Origin: Mytilus californianus
Lineage: Eukaryota
Assembly (NCBI RefSeq): GCF_021869535.1
Contig: NW_026262690.1
Span: forward strand, 86,552,001-86,616,000
Length of the DNA: 64,000 nucleotides
Reading direction: 5' to 3'
In this document: positions 23,979-36,099 of the stretch, piece by piece
Position numbering within the stretch: position 1 is the first letter of the stretch
How the letters are laid out: every line of letters starts with the position of its first letter
The notes under the pieces: generated by a model
The model's database searches: none
What the model was told of the DNA's origin: nothing
The model's input: only the letters and a program-made list of their open reading frames with translations
Translations under genes and position numbers: made by a program

Positions 23979-26900
23979 AAACTACAGGAACTGTTGTATA
24001 ATCCACCCATTGAAGAAACTAAGAACCCACCAGAATTAATTCCAACAGTTCCTATGCTCATTGATGATGAGAATGCTAACCCATCCCTAGAACCCTCTGC
24101 AGACCAAGAGTCACCTGTACATGTATGCAATAAATCTGTACCATCTCTAGTCAGCCCTGAGCAAGACACACCTGTATGTTATAACTCTGTGCTATCTCCT
24201 GTCAGCCCTGAGCCAGATAAACCTATACATTCTATTAATGCTAGTAAAGGTTGCAACAGTGATAGTCAGGAAACCACTCATTTAAAAGAAATTGAAAAGG
24301 TATAATTTTCATAACTGGTTAAATTCATGATGATAGAAAATAAGAAAATGTGGTATGATTCTACGAGAAACCAAATGACATGGAAGTTAACAACTATAGG
24401 TCACCATACAGCCTTCAACAATGAGCAATTGTCTTCCATTAGATTTTTACAAATCATTCATTCAAAAAAAAAGGAAATCAATGTTGTGATATTTTTATTT
24501 GCACATATAAATATGTATATTTGAACATTTTAACTTGTAGACTTTGTTACTTTGTCCTATTTTGGCATTTATGATTTAAATTACATTTCTGTTATTATAG
24601 GTAAATGTAACTAACTCGTAGAAAACAGCAGACAGTCAGACAGCAACAGTTTCAACTCAAAGGAGGTTCAGATCTGCCAGAATTCAAGTTCATCCGAAAA
24701 CAAAAGCTAAATGTGAGTTATTCCATAAATACCATCAGTTTTTATTGGTTTATTTTGCTGACTAATTTCTAGTATTAGTCCCTGCATTAATTGACTTGGT
24801 ACTGTCATGACATGAATATAACACTTTTTTCTAAAAGTTCTTGTAAACTTTTCGTATAAAAATTTAGAAACTGAACTTCTGCATTATCATGATTATATTT
24901 TGGAACATGTTTTTGTATTGGAAAATATAAAATATGAAATTTTAATTAAGTAGGATTGCAGAGGTCAATTTTTCTCTCTGGGGGCACTTCCATCTTCTTT
25001 CTCTAACAAAAACTGGCTTTGTGTATAATTTGGAGTTTAGTATGACGTCCATTATCACTGAACTAGTATACATATTTGTTAAGGGGCCAGCTGAAGGACG
25101 TCTCCGGGTGCGGGAGTTTCTCGCTGCATTGAAGACCCATTGGTGGCCTTCGGCTATTGTCTGCTCTATGGTCGGGTTGTTGTCTCTTTGACACATTCCC
25201 CATTTCCATTCTCAATTTTATTTAGTACCACAGTATAGCCAATATTGCTAAAATTGGTGTTAAACACCAACAATTAATCTTTTGCAATTTCAAGTAGCTG
25301 ACAGCTAGTGCATACTTTTTATGAAGTGTATCTGAAAGTTACTATTTCATTTTTGTCTACTTAGGTACTCAAGCTTACTTTCAACCAAGATACCGTAGTA
25401 TGGCTATTCAGTGTGATCTCATACCAACACCACATCAGCCACAGCCTGCAGACAATACAACAGAAAGAGTCCAATAACATGCTAATGACATTGAACACAT
25501 AACACCTGATGATCCAGTTATTTCTGATGATCCCGAAGATCTTCCATATGAACCATCCCTTAGTGATTCTTCGGACAGTGGTGGTAGTGATGATTCTCAT
25601 AATGAGTAAGTTGCTTTATAAGGTTAACATTATAAAGGAAAAAAAAGGATCGGGAAAATATAATAATACAGTGGACAAATTGAATGAATACCACGTGCAC
25701 AAATTGTGAGCTAATCAGTTTATATGGGTTTGTTTTTAAATCATAAAAAGTGGAAGTTGAATGTCAGTTGTAAAACCAGTTTAACCACTCAACACTGCAA
25801 GAACAAATAATTGAGAATTTTTTGTAAAGAAAAGTTACTCAGTATTCCAATATACTTGTACTCTATCGTGATTGTTAGCTTTGTTGGTGGAAAAAGCGAT
25901 ACATTGTAGTACCGAAATAAACTATTTTGATGTAGGTATAGACAATTGCTATCATATGTTATGGGAATGTAAACAAATTACCAGAAGTGTCCAATTTTGT
26001 TAATATTTTGTCAAAAAGTAAATTTAGAATCATGCTTTTAGTTTTAAAGGAGTAAAAGTCCTATACATGTAGTAGACAATGAATTGCATATATATATTTT
26101 TTTCCAATTAATCGGTTTCAGCAAATAAAGTTTATCATGCTTTTCATTTTACTTTAACAGATCAGAAACAGGTCTACAAGAAAAGAAATATATTGTTAGT
26201 GAAGACCAGCTTATGGACTTGTTTAAGATATGCCGTAAATGTTGTGGTTGTGCTATTGCTACTATTTCTCAAATAGTGGGGACTCTTATAAAAGTTGAAG
26301 TCAAATGTGAACTTTGCAACAATTTCAAATCAGACCTTCTTTAACCATCAGAGACATTTCCTGTACCCAGCCGTAGTACGATTTTGGAAGCACCAGCAAA
26401 CGCAGCATGTAGTAAGATACAGAGACGGTAGGGAGTCCCTGGTCGTTGGTGGTGATGTAGGGCTGATATTCCAGGCCATTCTGCAAAGTATGGGTCTTAT
26501 TCAATGGTAGACTTGAACCAAGGTGTTGTAATTGATGTCCAACTGGTTCAGGTATGAAACACATAACACATATAATTGAATGTAACAAATTATTGATTAT
26601 GCAGTATTTAATCATTTCATAAAACTTTCAGAGATTACTAGTTTTCATCAGAATCTATAAAAACCTAGGGTTTCTTCAATGACAATATAGTTATTTTAAT
26701 GACAAACAAAAAAGAAAACAAACCACAGATACACAAAAAATGGATATTGGTATTTATAACTAGTTTGCCTTCAACAAATATTTTCTGAAGAATAAGGTAA
26801 ACTGAGAACTGTTTGCAATAACTTCAAACAGACTGTATAGTCAAAAATAAAAGTTGAAAATACGTAAGAAATAACAAACAATGTTGCAAATGTAAAATGA

Positions 26901-28912
26901 TGAATGTTTATACATTAAAGTTCTAGTGTGTTATGCAAAAGTCTGAACAACTGGTATCCAGCTGAGGAGTTGCAATTTTATGCCATAAAAGACCATGATA
27001 TTTATTGCCTAATTCTTATCTTAATACAAAATCTTCAGTGGGATGCCTATAAATGTTGCTTTCTTTTCCAGAGTAATGAGGTCAAGTCCAGCAATGCTAT
27101 GGAAAAAGAAGGTCTGATACGTGCCTTGAAATGGATAGATGACAACAACTTGTCTGTCAAGACGCTTGTCACCGATCAGCATCTTCAAATTGTGAAGTAC
27201 GTTAGAGAGAAGGAACCACACATCAAACACTACTTCGACGTCTGGCATGTGGCAAAAGGTTTGTTTAAAATTTGTTGATCGATCTGAAAGATCTTAGTTT
27301 TAATTTAAATTTTAACGATATTTTATTATGAATTAACATACCACTGAAGAAAATAACAGTTTATACTTGTATATTAAATTCCACCTTAGCTCTTTTCTTG
27401 AATGAGCCTCATCAGGCATGACGAAAGAACAGAAGCAGCTTTATGGCAAAAATGGACCTAAAAGCAAAACCTATTTCATCTGAGGTAAAATTTGCCTGAG
27501 GGAGTTGAAACCTTGGAATAAATTCTTTAACTTACCAATGGATAATTTGAGGAAATGATCCTTAAATCACATAAATTTGGGTTTTTTTTCTCCTCAAGAT
27601 ATAGTTGTAAAAAAGTTTTCATTTTTGTATTAATCTTGTTTTTAACAGGTTTAAAGAAAAAAATGGTTAAACTCAGTAAGGAGACAGACTGTGCAAAAGT
27701 TGGAGAGTGGATAAAAAGCATCACAAACCACATGTACTGGGTAGCAGCTTCAACACCAGCTGATGATGGAGAAGAAATGGTGTCCAAATGGTTGTCGGTG
27801 GCTAACCATGTACAGAACATCCATACAGGCCACTCTGACACATTTCCAAGCTGTAAACATCGAAGATTAGTGGGACGAGACAGGAAAAAGAAATGGTTAA
27901 AACCAGGTATGATATTATTACACTATTTGTTAGTCTTGTTATATCATAAAATTCAGGCTTTTGGTCAAAAGGCCATTTAAAGTTCCTACAAGGTATATGT
28001 TAATGAGGGAAAAATCAAGGCCACAAAAAACAAAAACGTTTAAAGATGCCTTAGTTTAAATGAATTTTGAATATATTTTAGGCCGCAGCAACAACATTTC
28101 TTGTTTTTATATCAAATATAAGAAACAAGACGACGCTTTGACAGGAAATCACATGCAATGTTACATAAGCCAAGTCATCTTCTTACAGTAATGTACCTCA
28201 ATCAGCACCCAATCATCAGGAATTATAAAGCATTAAGTAACATTTTCATTTAAATTTCTATGTCCAAATGATATTATTCAGTGGAAAAAAAAATGCATAT
28301 TCACCAGGGAGACCGTAAGTTTCCATTTTTTAACTTTTTCTAACTCTAAAAAATTTTATTGTAATAAGAATATGTATCAACAACATCTTACAGGTAATCG
28401 CAATGAGATAAAAGGTATATATGGAACAGCAACCCAACATGAACATTCAACAGAGTAATCTTTGTAAATAAATAGATGAGTAAGACCTTGACTTTTTGTA
28501 ATAATACACCCTTTTGTCTATTTATTATTTTGTGTCATTTGTTTGCTGTCTTGTTGACACACACAGTACTCATCTCCTTTTATTCATAATTCAATAATAT
28601 GGTTATAACCCAGGCACTTTTAATACATTGTAGCTCTTTATTTTTTTTTTAAATGATATGAAATAGCTCTTTGTGATATTTTCCAATTTTGATCACTTTG
28701 TTTAGTGAAGGTTATAATAATATAACTATCTTTCAGGATACATCAACACACTGATGAAATCTGTAAGAAAAATCGTTGAAGGAACAAATATGCGACAATC
28801 GCCAAAAGTACCAATGCAAGCACCAAGACCACTCTGTGCCGAGTACATACATCCACTAAAAACAAAAGCTATACTAGAAATGCAATCTCGATTTAGGAAG
28901 CCAGAAATGTAG
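23979..28912 (+). pseudogene. Spliced Kolobok-type DDE transposase pseudogene
   Basis: GT-AG exons 23979-24299, 24601-24712, 25365-25605, 26161-26551, 27072-27258, 27649-27906, 28737-28912. Motifs KKYIV..DQL..LF..CRKC, GGD(G)RADIPGHSAKYGSY, VIDVQLVQ|SNEVKSSNAMEKEGL, TDQH, HYFDVWHVAKG, WIKSITNHMYW, KKKWLKPG. Premature stops, a 1-nt deletion and an internal deletion; THAP exon and third catalytic-residue exon not found. Confidence 0.85.
24950..25222 (+). mobile_element. High-copy interspersed repeat inserted in a transposase intron
   Basis: ccagctgaaggacg.ctccgggtgcggga.tttctcgctgcattgaagacccatt...ctttgacacattccccatttccattctcaatttta; related copy at ~40230-40400. Confidence 0.6.
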
Positions 28913-29030
28913 ATTGAACATCTAATAAAGAACAAGTGCTAATTTTGTAAACATGACATTTAATTTGTATAATAAATATTGAATGCTTGGAATATTTGTA
29001 CATATATATTAATGTTTGTAAAAAGTCAAT

Positions 29031-31056
29031 TTATGCTTCTTCAAAACCTTTGTACTGGTTTGACTGGAACTTGTTTCTTATTGCAATGGTAGCACATGCT
29101 GGGAGTCGAACACGTACAGACTTTCCAAGATATCCCCAACCCCATCTTGCCAACTGACGATAGGCTGTATAACGATTTCTCCAAAAAATAATAAAACATT
29201 TATATTATATCAATCAGTTTTGGGGAAATGTATCTTGTTTTGGCTTCAGTCAAAGGCAACTATTGACATGTGCATTTGCACTGTATTTATTATTATCTTA
29301 CCTCCTATACATTTCTAGGAATATGATTGGTTTAAAGCATTCGCATGGTGTATATTTCATATAAGGTTAGTAGGCGGGGCTTATTTCAGTACACAGTTAG
29401 TAGTGGTGTTACATCCCTTTATAAAAACAACACGGTGTTGAGGAAAAATCTGAAAGGTTTCAACAGACGAAGAAATTGGTGATAAACGATTGAAATAAAT
29501 TCATAAAACACATTTAAAGGTAACAAGTTGTTACTATTGGCATTTGTTGTTGTGTAGACAAATGAAAGTAGGTTCTAAATACTAAGTATTGAAGAATTAA
29601 TCACTTTGATAGGCCGCTAGTCTAAATACCATATGTGAAGATAGTCGGTAAGATAAATTTGTTACACGATGTGCTAGTGACCTAATACGATGTATATGGG
29701 GTCAGCAAATTCCATATGGGGATTCGAGCTTCGCTCTCATCCCATCTGGAATTTACTGACCTCATATATATCGTATTAGGTCACTAACACCATGTAACTA
29801 ATAATATTAATCAAATATCACCTTATTTACTGGCTGTTAAACAAAATGAGGTCTCTGTAAATTATTTGATGTTGGATTGCTTATGCATCTATATTTTGTC
29901 TACGTCTATTATCATGATTATGTTATTATGTTTATATACATGTATGTGATGAAGCGTTATTTATATAGTAATGAAAATAAAATTACTATTTATTAAATTA
30001 TAAACTCAATCTTCAGTTGTCACTTGAATCTCTCCATACTGCTGTCTGTACTGGTAATATGCTGTTTCCAGTACACACTGGTTCAGACACACAGGCTCAA
30101 ATCCAGGATGCTCTGTGATCTGTGATGCATAGTGTAGGTGAAGGTAGTTCCTCCATTTTGTCTGTCATTCTGTTTAGTTCTTTTTCATTTGCTGTTGGCA
30201 TGGATTCACAATGTCCACAGTCACACCTGCAAAGTAAAATTACATTTTAAAATCCAAGAAAATAAATGTAGCACAATGTGTTACATTAAAAACACCTATA
30301 CAACTACAGCACAATGTCGCACTAAAAATGCAAAAAATATTTGGTATATATGATGTTGACATAAATGTGGAAATAATTTGTTAAGTCTCATACATGTATG
30401 TTGGAATGTTATGGCCAGAGAACTACATGTAGCAAGAGATCTGACACTTGATAATTGGTTTTTGAACAAGTTTAAATGGATTTTGAAAGATAAAGAAGTT
30501 TAGGTTTTTAAACATTTATTTTCTAAAAACAAAAATTCAGAGCCTTCTATTATATTTAATTTAGATAGAGGGTGGTAAATTATAATGACATAGCTGTAAG
30601 TTTAAAAGGTGGGTAAACTTATGAATGCCAATAAATTCGTGAATTAGCCTTTGTATCAGATAAATGTACATATAGATCTGTCTTTTCAGTTAAATGCATG
30701 AAAAAAGTAAAATTTTATAATAGCAATAGTAGAGAAGTCTGCACATGAATGGCTTAATTATTTGTGAATTTGTTGTTCAAATGGGTTTGCTATTTAATCA
30801 AATGTATTTTCCTGTCTGCAGCAATTTAAAACCATTTAATATCAAACAATTTTACATACCAGTTTGTATTTCCCGATCTGGGTTCCATATCGACGTCCCC
30901 ATTTTGCGTAAGATCTTCATCATCTTCGCTACTTCCCTCTGAAAGTTCTGGCTCAAACTGATAAGGCTGAATATCTTCTGCTCGATCACCATCTTCAATG
31001 CTTTCAAATGAAGAGCTTTGGAAGGATAGCGATAATTCAGAGTTGTTTTCATCCAT
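29031..31056 (-). pseudogene. KolX / P2X7 C-terminal ballast-like Cys-rich protein (Kolobok accessory gene), frameshifted
   Basis: Exons 31056-30860 (MDENN...IQPYQFEPE...RSGNTNW), 30226-~30011 (CDCGHCESMPT...CIT[7-nt duplication]EHPGFEPVCLNQCVLETAY.QY) and ~29180-29031 (RYTAYRQLARWGWGYLGKSVRVRLPACATIAIRNKF...GF). QPYxFEP, WCxCGxC, CITxHPGF..VCLN and RY.AYRQ..W.WG.LG..R.LP.C are hallmark motifs. Confidence 0.85.
29661..29798. mobile_element. Palindromic MITE-like element in the KolX intron
   Basis: gttaca..tagtgacctaatacgat.tatatg.ggtcag.aaattcca.atggga ... tcccat.tggaattt.ctgacc.catata.atcgtattaggtcacta..tgtaac; centre gagcttcgctc at 29726-29736. Confidence 0.75.
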
Positions 31057-31106
31057 GTTACGTTCGTACTGATCAAAATGAAACAAATCTCGGGAGTTAC
31101 CCTGTA

Positions 31107-31153
31107 TACGTCACTTCCGGTAAATCTCCTTTTCCGGAAGTAGCATTGATTGG
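31107..31153 (-). promoter_or_regulatory. Putative KolX promoter: ETS-CRE composite, second ETS site, CCAAT box
   Basis: Minus strand CCGGAAGTGACGTA (31120-31107), CCGGAAGT at 31134-31141 and CCAATCA (31153-31147), 50-100 bp upstream of the KolX ATG. Confidence 0.5.
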
Positions 31154-31299
31154 ATTTTCCATAGGTAAAAATAGTCGACCTTCACAAGCTATTTTCTCCG
31201 TTATTAGTAGACCAAATTGAATCGGGTTTTTTGCATTCTTAAACGTTAATTACGAACTTTAGAATAAGACAAACATGATAATAGCTTTTTAGTACCTCT

Positions 31300-32151
31300 T
31301 TAAATTTTCTCCTGAACAACATATATGTACGTTTCGGCGAAAAAGTGTATCGACAGGTAGTAGGTATTCCTATGGGCACTAATTGCGCCCCTTTAATAGC
31401 AGATTTATTTCTGTATTGCTATGAATCTCAGTTTATGACCAAACTCAGTAAAGACACGTCATTGTTACATTTAGTTGACACATTCAACAATACCTACCGT
31501 TATCTTGATGATATTTTTTCGTTAAATAATCCAGAGTTCTCTAAATATACTTCCGAAATTTACCCAAATGAACTTACTTTGAATAAATCTAACATAAACA
31601 GCAGCAGTTGTCCTTTTCTAAATTTAGACATTTCAATTTCTAAAGGGAAACTCCATACTAAAATTTACGACAAAAGAGACGATTTTTTATTCCCTATTGT
31701 TAATTTTCCTTTTTTAGACGGCGATGTTCCTTTGGCTCTATTATACGATGTTTATCTATCCCAACTCGTTCGTTATGCCCGTGTGTGTAGTGATGTCATA
31801 GATTTTAACGAACGTAATCAATGCATCACTGGTAAATTATTAAGTCAGGGATTTCGTTACCATAAATTACTTAAAACTTTTACAAAATTCTTTCATAGAT
31901 ACAAAGATTTGATTTGTAAATTTGGCTGTACCTGTAGAAAACTTATTAAAAACGGTATTTCACATCCTAAATTTTCCGATAATATTGTACTTAAAGCGCG
32001 GAAATCACTATGGGATCCGTGTAAACTCACCGAACCTTTAAACAAACTTATTAGTAAAGGTTATCTAATCAATTTTGTAATAAGATCTTTGAATATTGTT
32101 TACATTGGCACAAATATCGATTTTGTCATCAACAAATTAAAACATAACTAA
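31300..32151 (+). CDS. Naiad-type PLE reverse transcriptase, C-terminal half (continuation of 21290-22880)
   Basis: Open from 31300: LNFLLNNIYVRFGEKVYRQVVGIPMGTNCAPLIADLFLYCYE...YRYLDDIFSLNN...KIYDKRDDF.FPIVNFPFLDGDVP...SQLVRYARVCS; TAA at 32149-32151. Confidence 0.88.
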   Translation, partial: LNFLLNNIYVRFGEKVYRQVVGIPMGTNCAPLIADLFLYCYESQFMTKLSKDTSLLHLVDTFNNTYRYLDDIFSLNNPEFSKYTSEIYPNELTLNKSNINSSSCPFLNLDISISKGKLHTKIYDKRDDFLFPIVNFPFLDGDVPLALLYDVYLSQLVRYARVCSDVIDFNERNQCITGKLLSQGFRYHKLLKTFTKFFHRYKDLICKFGCTCRKLIKNGISHPKFSDNIVLKARKSLWDPCKLTEPLNKLISKGYLINFVIRSLNIVYIGTNIDFVINKLKHN

Positions 32152-32331
32152 ATTTGTATTCTTTTCGAATGGTGCTTTGGATGTATAAAAAACGCATCAA
32201 CGTTCATTTTCTATATAGAAATTGCTTTATCTATATATTACATTATACATATTTATTATAAGGTTAAATCCAAACTATCCTACTGCTTGTCGATATTTTT
32301 ATTTTGGCATTGCACAAGACATGTTTTCTTT

Positions 32332-32389
32332 GACTGTCCATGGCATTAAAACACTAAATCCCTGGGATGTGTTTTAGTTGATTTTAGTC
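32332..32389 (+). ncRNA. SECIS-like (form II) stem-loop in the Naiad 3' UTR
   Basis: Helix 1 GACT/AGTC; core A-TGGC/TGAT (canonical would be ATGA); helix 2 ATTAAAACAC/GTGTTTTAGT (10 bp, one G-U); unpaired AAA at 32356-32358; mini-helix TCC/GGA. About 180 nt after the stop codon. Confidence 0.65.
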
Positions 32390-32707
32390 TCTGATGCATG
32401 ATTTTTTATTATTATTTATTATTATTAACTAGCTTTCAGTAACTGCGAGTACTCTCAAATCTTACTTACTACTTGATTTGACCTGTTACACAATTTGTAA
32501 TGCATTTTTGTTATTCAATGTTTACTTATTTTGTGTTATATCTCGTCTCACTATCTATAATATGTACCACCTTTGAGTGTAGTATTGAGTAGGACGATAA
32601 ATTTTCACTGCTGTTCTCGTACTATGTACAACAAATTTTATTTATTTTGTAAAAATATCTCCGTACTCCTAACAACAAAATTATTATATTTAAATTTACC
32701 TGTGTAC

Positions 32708-33595
32708 CAGGGTTTCCCCTGGGTCCATTTTCTTTTTCGCCACCTCTTTCGCCAAAACAATATACTTTTCGCCACTTTCAATTTTTTTTCGCCAACTAAC
32801 AATTAACATGAATATATTTTTCTATAAAATTTTCATTCTTTCTAACAAACAAAAAAATCAGTTTGCCACATTGTTGTCTATGATAATTCTACATATCTTT
32901 TTTTTTAATCTAGATTGTAATGAATAAACACTAAACATTTACTTTTTAAAAGATACTGTAAAATTGCAATATCGATCATGAAATCATAATTTTTGACTTC
33001 TGGGAACACGAGATTCATCGTCAATAAGTTTATCGGATATATATTTTCCCGTCTAGTTGAAGGATAAAGACTAAAGTCAGAGATTTTTCTTTCTTTTGAA
33101 TATATTTCTTCGTAGCAACAGTTTTTTTTGTCCGGACCATCGTAAAAAGAAAAAGTCTAGACGTAAAACTATGCTTGAAATTTGTGCGTCACTAAAACGG
33201 TTGTAAAGTACTGGTACCTACTTCAAATCAATTATTTCTATCAAAGTAAAAGGATAAAGTTTAAAGTCGCAGATTTTCTTACTTTTGAACAGTTAATGTC
33301 ACAACAACAGTTTTCTTTTCCGCCCATCATTTCGTAAAATAATACAATCAACACCTTTATTAATTAGAGTATTGTTGCCTACAGCTATGAAATGCACTCA
33401 GCTGATTATTGATTTTCTGTCACAGTCGTTACGAGTTCAAGGTGAATTCCGAATATTGTCTGATCAGGTAAAGTCCGAAAACAAGAAAAAAGTAAACAAG
33501 ATGGATGAAATCGAATTGTTATATTTCTTTCGCCAAATTCTTTCGCCAATAATGAATTTTAATCGCCACAATTTTTATTTTTTCGCAAAACCCTG
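32708..33595. mobile_element. hAT-like MITE
   Basis: TIR CAGGGTTT...AAACCCTG; decayed 8-bp TSD ctgtgtac/ttttgtac; subterminal TTCGCCA repeats. Empty site visible at 2521-2545 (aatttacctgtgtacgttattttatttaac). Confidence 0.8.
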
Positions 33596-34639
33596 TTTTG
33601 TACGTTATTTTATTTAACGCCGTTTTGTCCAAGGTCATAGTTGTCTTTTTGACATTGTGTCATAGATCAAATTTATTCGTTCATTGTATGTTTACATGTT
33701 TTTGTTGATATGTCTTTTTGATTGAGTTAAGCCATTTCAATTGATATTTTATAGTGTGTCTTTCTATGTTGTAATGTAACACTACTATTTCAGGTTAGGG
33801 TGAAGGTTGGCGCCTGTTAAAACGTTAAAACCCGCTGCATTTGTTTGCACCTGTCCTAAGTCAGTAACCTGTTTCAGTGGTTGTCGTTTGTTGGCGTGGT
33901 TCTTAAGTGTTTCTCTTTTCTCGTTTTTTATATAGATTAGACCGTTGGTTTTCCTGTTTGAATTGTTTAACACTAGAAATTTTTTGGCCCTTTATAGCTT
34001 GCTGTTCGGTGTAAACCAAGGCTCCGTGTTGAAGGCGGTACTTTGACCTATAATTGTTTACTTTTTACACATTGTGACTTGGATGGAGAGTTGTCTTATT
34101 GGCATTCATACCACATCTTCTTATTTCTATGTATAAGTGGAAAAACAAAAACAAATATCTTTCCTATCAAGGCTTGCTACTATTTTCCTTTTCTTCACTG
34201 TATTTCTTATACCGGGAAATAAAATATAAAATCCCATATTTTGGTTTCTGTTATAACGTTTTCATTTACTCAACTTTCCATTGTTGTTACATCCTCGTTG
34301 CATTGATTATATTCCACTTCCTCCTAAAAGGAAGCACGAGACTATATAAAGTCGCATATATAATTCAGTTACTTTTACTTCAAAACATTGACCTAATGTG
34401 TACTACATTTTCACAGAGAGGATATCTAAAGTTTAATAACATTTTTCTGTTGTTTTTTTTTTTAAGATTGATAAACACTGAAGGTAAGACGTTTAGAAAT
34501 AATAACTAATTTTATGTTAAAACTTCTTTTGGTTTTACATTTTATATTAAAATATTTCCTACATCCTTCATGACGGAAGTTTATATGATACCTCGCTTAC
34601 ACTGTCACATGTCCATGTTCAATGAACTGTGAAATCTGG

Positions 34640-34770
34640 GACAAAATCCTGATATGCTTGATTTCTTGATTGTCAAAACATATGTTACGTTTGGAGCACG
34701 TGTTTTTCAAAAAAAAAATCGGCTTTTCAATGGGAACCAGCTGTGTCCCCTTCTTTGCCAGCTTGTTGTT
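34640..34770 (+). mobile_element. Decayed PLE RT fragment
   Basis: Reads approximately MLDFLIVKTYVTFGARVFQKKIGFSMGTSCVPFFASLLF (degenerate GIPMGTNCAPLLADLFL motif). Confidence 0.6.
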
Positions 34771-36099
34771 TAGTAAAACAAATTATGATTTAATTTAATA
34801 TTAAACATATATATATATATTATATACTTATGATCAACACTACACGAAACTTATTTGTAAATTATGCATCAAAGATGAATGATTATTGTTTCATAAGATG
34901 TATTTTTATTTTTATTTCAAATGAAAAACAAAAATCAGCATAAATTAACAAAAGCATGTGTGGTTTTTATTGTAAAATCAGTTCTTTTATCATCATATGA
35001 TAAATCAATAATTTAGGTGCACATTATTAGTGAAACGATAAGAAAATATACACCACAAACTGCGATAAAAATTTATGTGTCTTTGTTCCCAATTATATTG
35101 TTTTTACAAATTTAACAGTATAAGGTGCATTTTGAAAAAAGAAATGTTACAATTTTGTTTTTATTATATTTTTTTTTATGAGGGGGTATTTGATAATTTG
35201 TTCTGTTTGCAAAATGTAAACTAAAAACTTTTAAACTCAATATAATTAGAATATAGATCACTGATTTCATTATACTCATATGAGTTACACAAGTCACGAT
35301 AGATCGATATCTTAATTAGTTGACTTTAAATGATTTGATGAAAATATTGAAATGTTCGGTTTACCACTGGTAACGTTACGCAACGTCGTTCTCGTAAACT
35401 TTGATCGACTTTCGTACCAAATTTCAGAACTTTGCTCTTTTTACACAGATTACATTATGATTTTTAACTATTTATTTTCTTTAAATGGACACTGTGAAGT
35501 TGATTTATTATTTATTTATGACATATACATTTTTTTTATCTTACAAGTGAGGACACAGATCAGTGTGGATAGTATATTTGGAATTCTGACAGTGTTTTCT
35601 GACAAAAAGAGTTCTCTGTTTTTTTCCCATAGGGTCCTATGTTAAACTGTGTTGCACAGTGACAGCCAACCTGTATCAAACACTTGAAATTAGCAGTGTC
35701 GTTTATTTAATATTTAGTTTAATGTTCAAGACTATCATGCAGGAGACATTGATTGCATGGATTACAAATGATTCTGATAAATTCTGATCCACAACTTTAA
35801 TTTTGGATAGCAAAAACTCAAAATTAGGAGAGGAACACATTAGGTGCATTTCTGCATGATGTGATTTTAATATGCGAAATGGAATCTGAGAACCTGCATG
35901 CATGTAATATTTGTATGGTTCTATTTTTGTTCATTTGTTGTGGCCATTTCTTACTTGGGTTTGTCAACAAAAACTGTAAATTAGCTAAGAATTTTCCCAG
36001 TAACATTGGTAAAAGATTTCGTTTAAATGTCGAAATTAGAAGATATTTTATGGTTTTAAGTAATGACAATACCTGGAATGACGCTTAGGGTTAGATGAG

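Larger units (their letters stand above)
22990..31299 (+). mobile_element. Kolobok DNA transposon (decayed; left end not found)
   Basis: Right terminus ...AGTACCTCT|TTAA (31291-31299, TTAA at 31300-31303) fits Kolobok RR..YY ends with a TTAA target. Contains a Kolobok-type DDE transposase and a convergent KolX gene. Left boundary is approximate. Confidence 0.8.
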
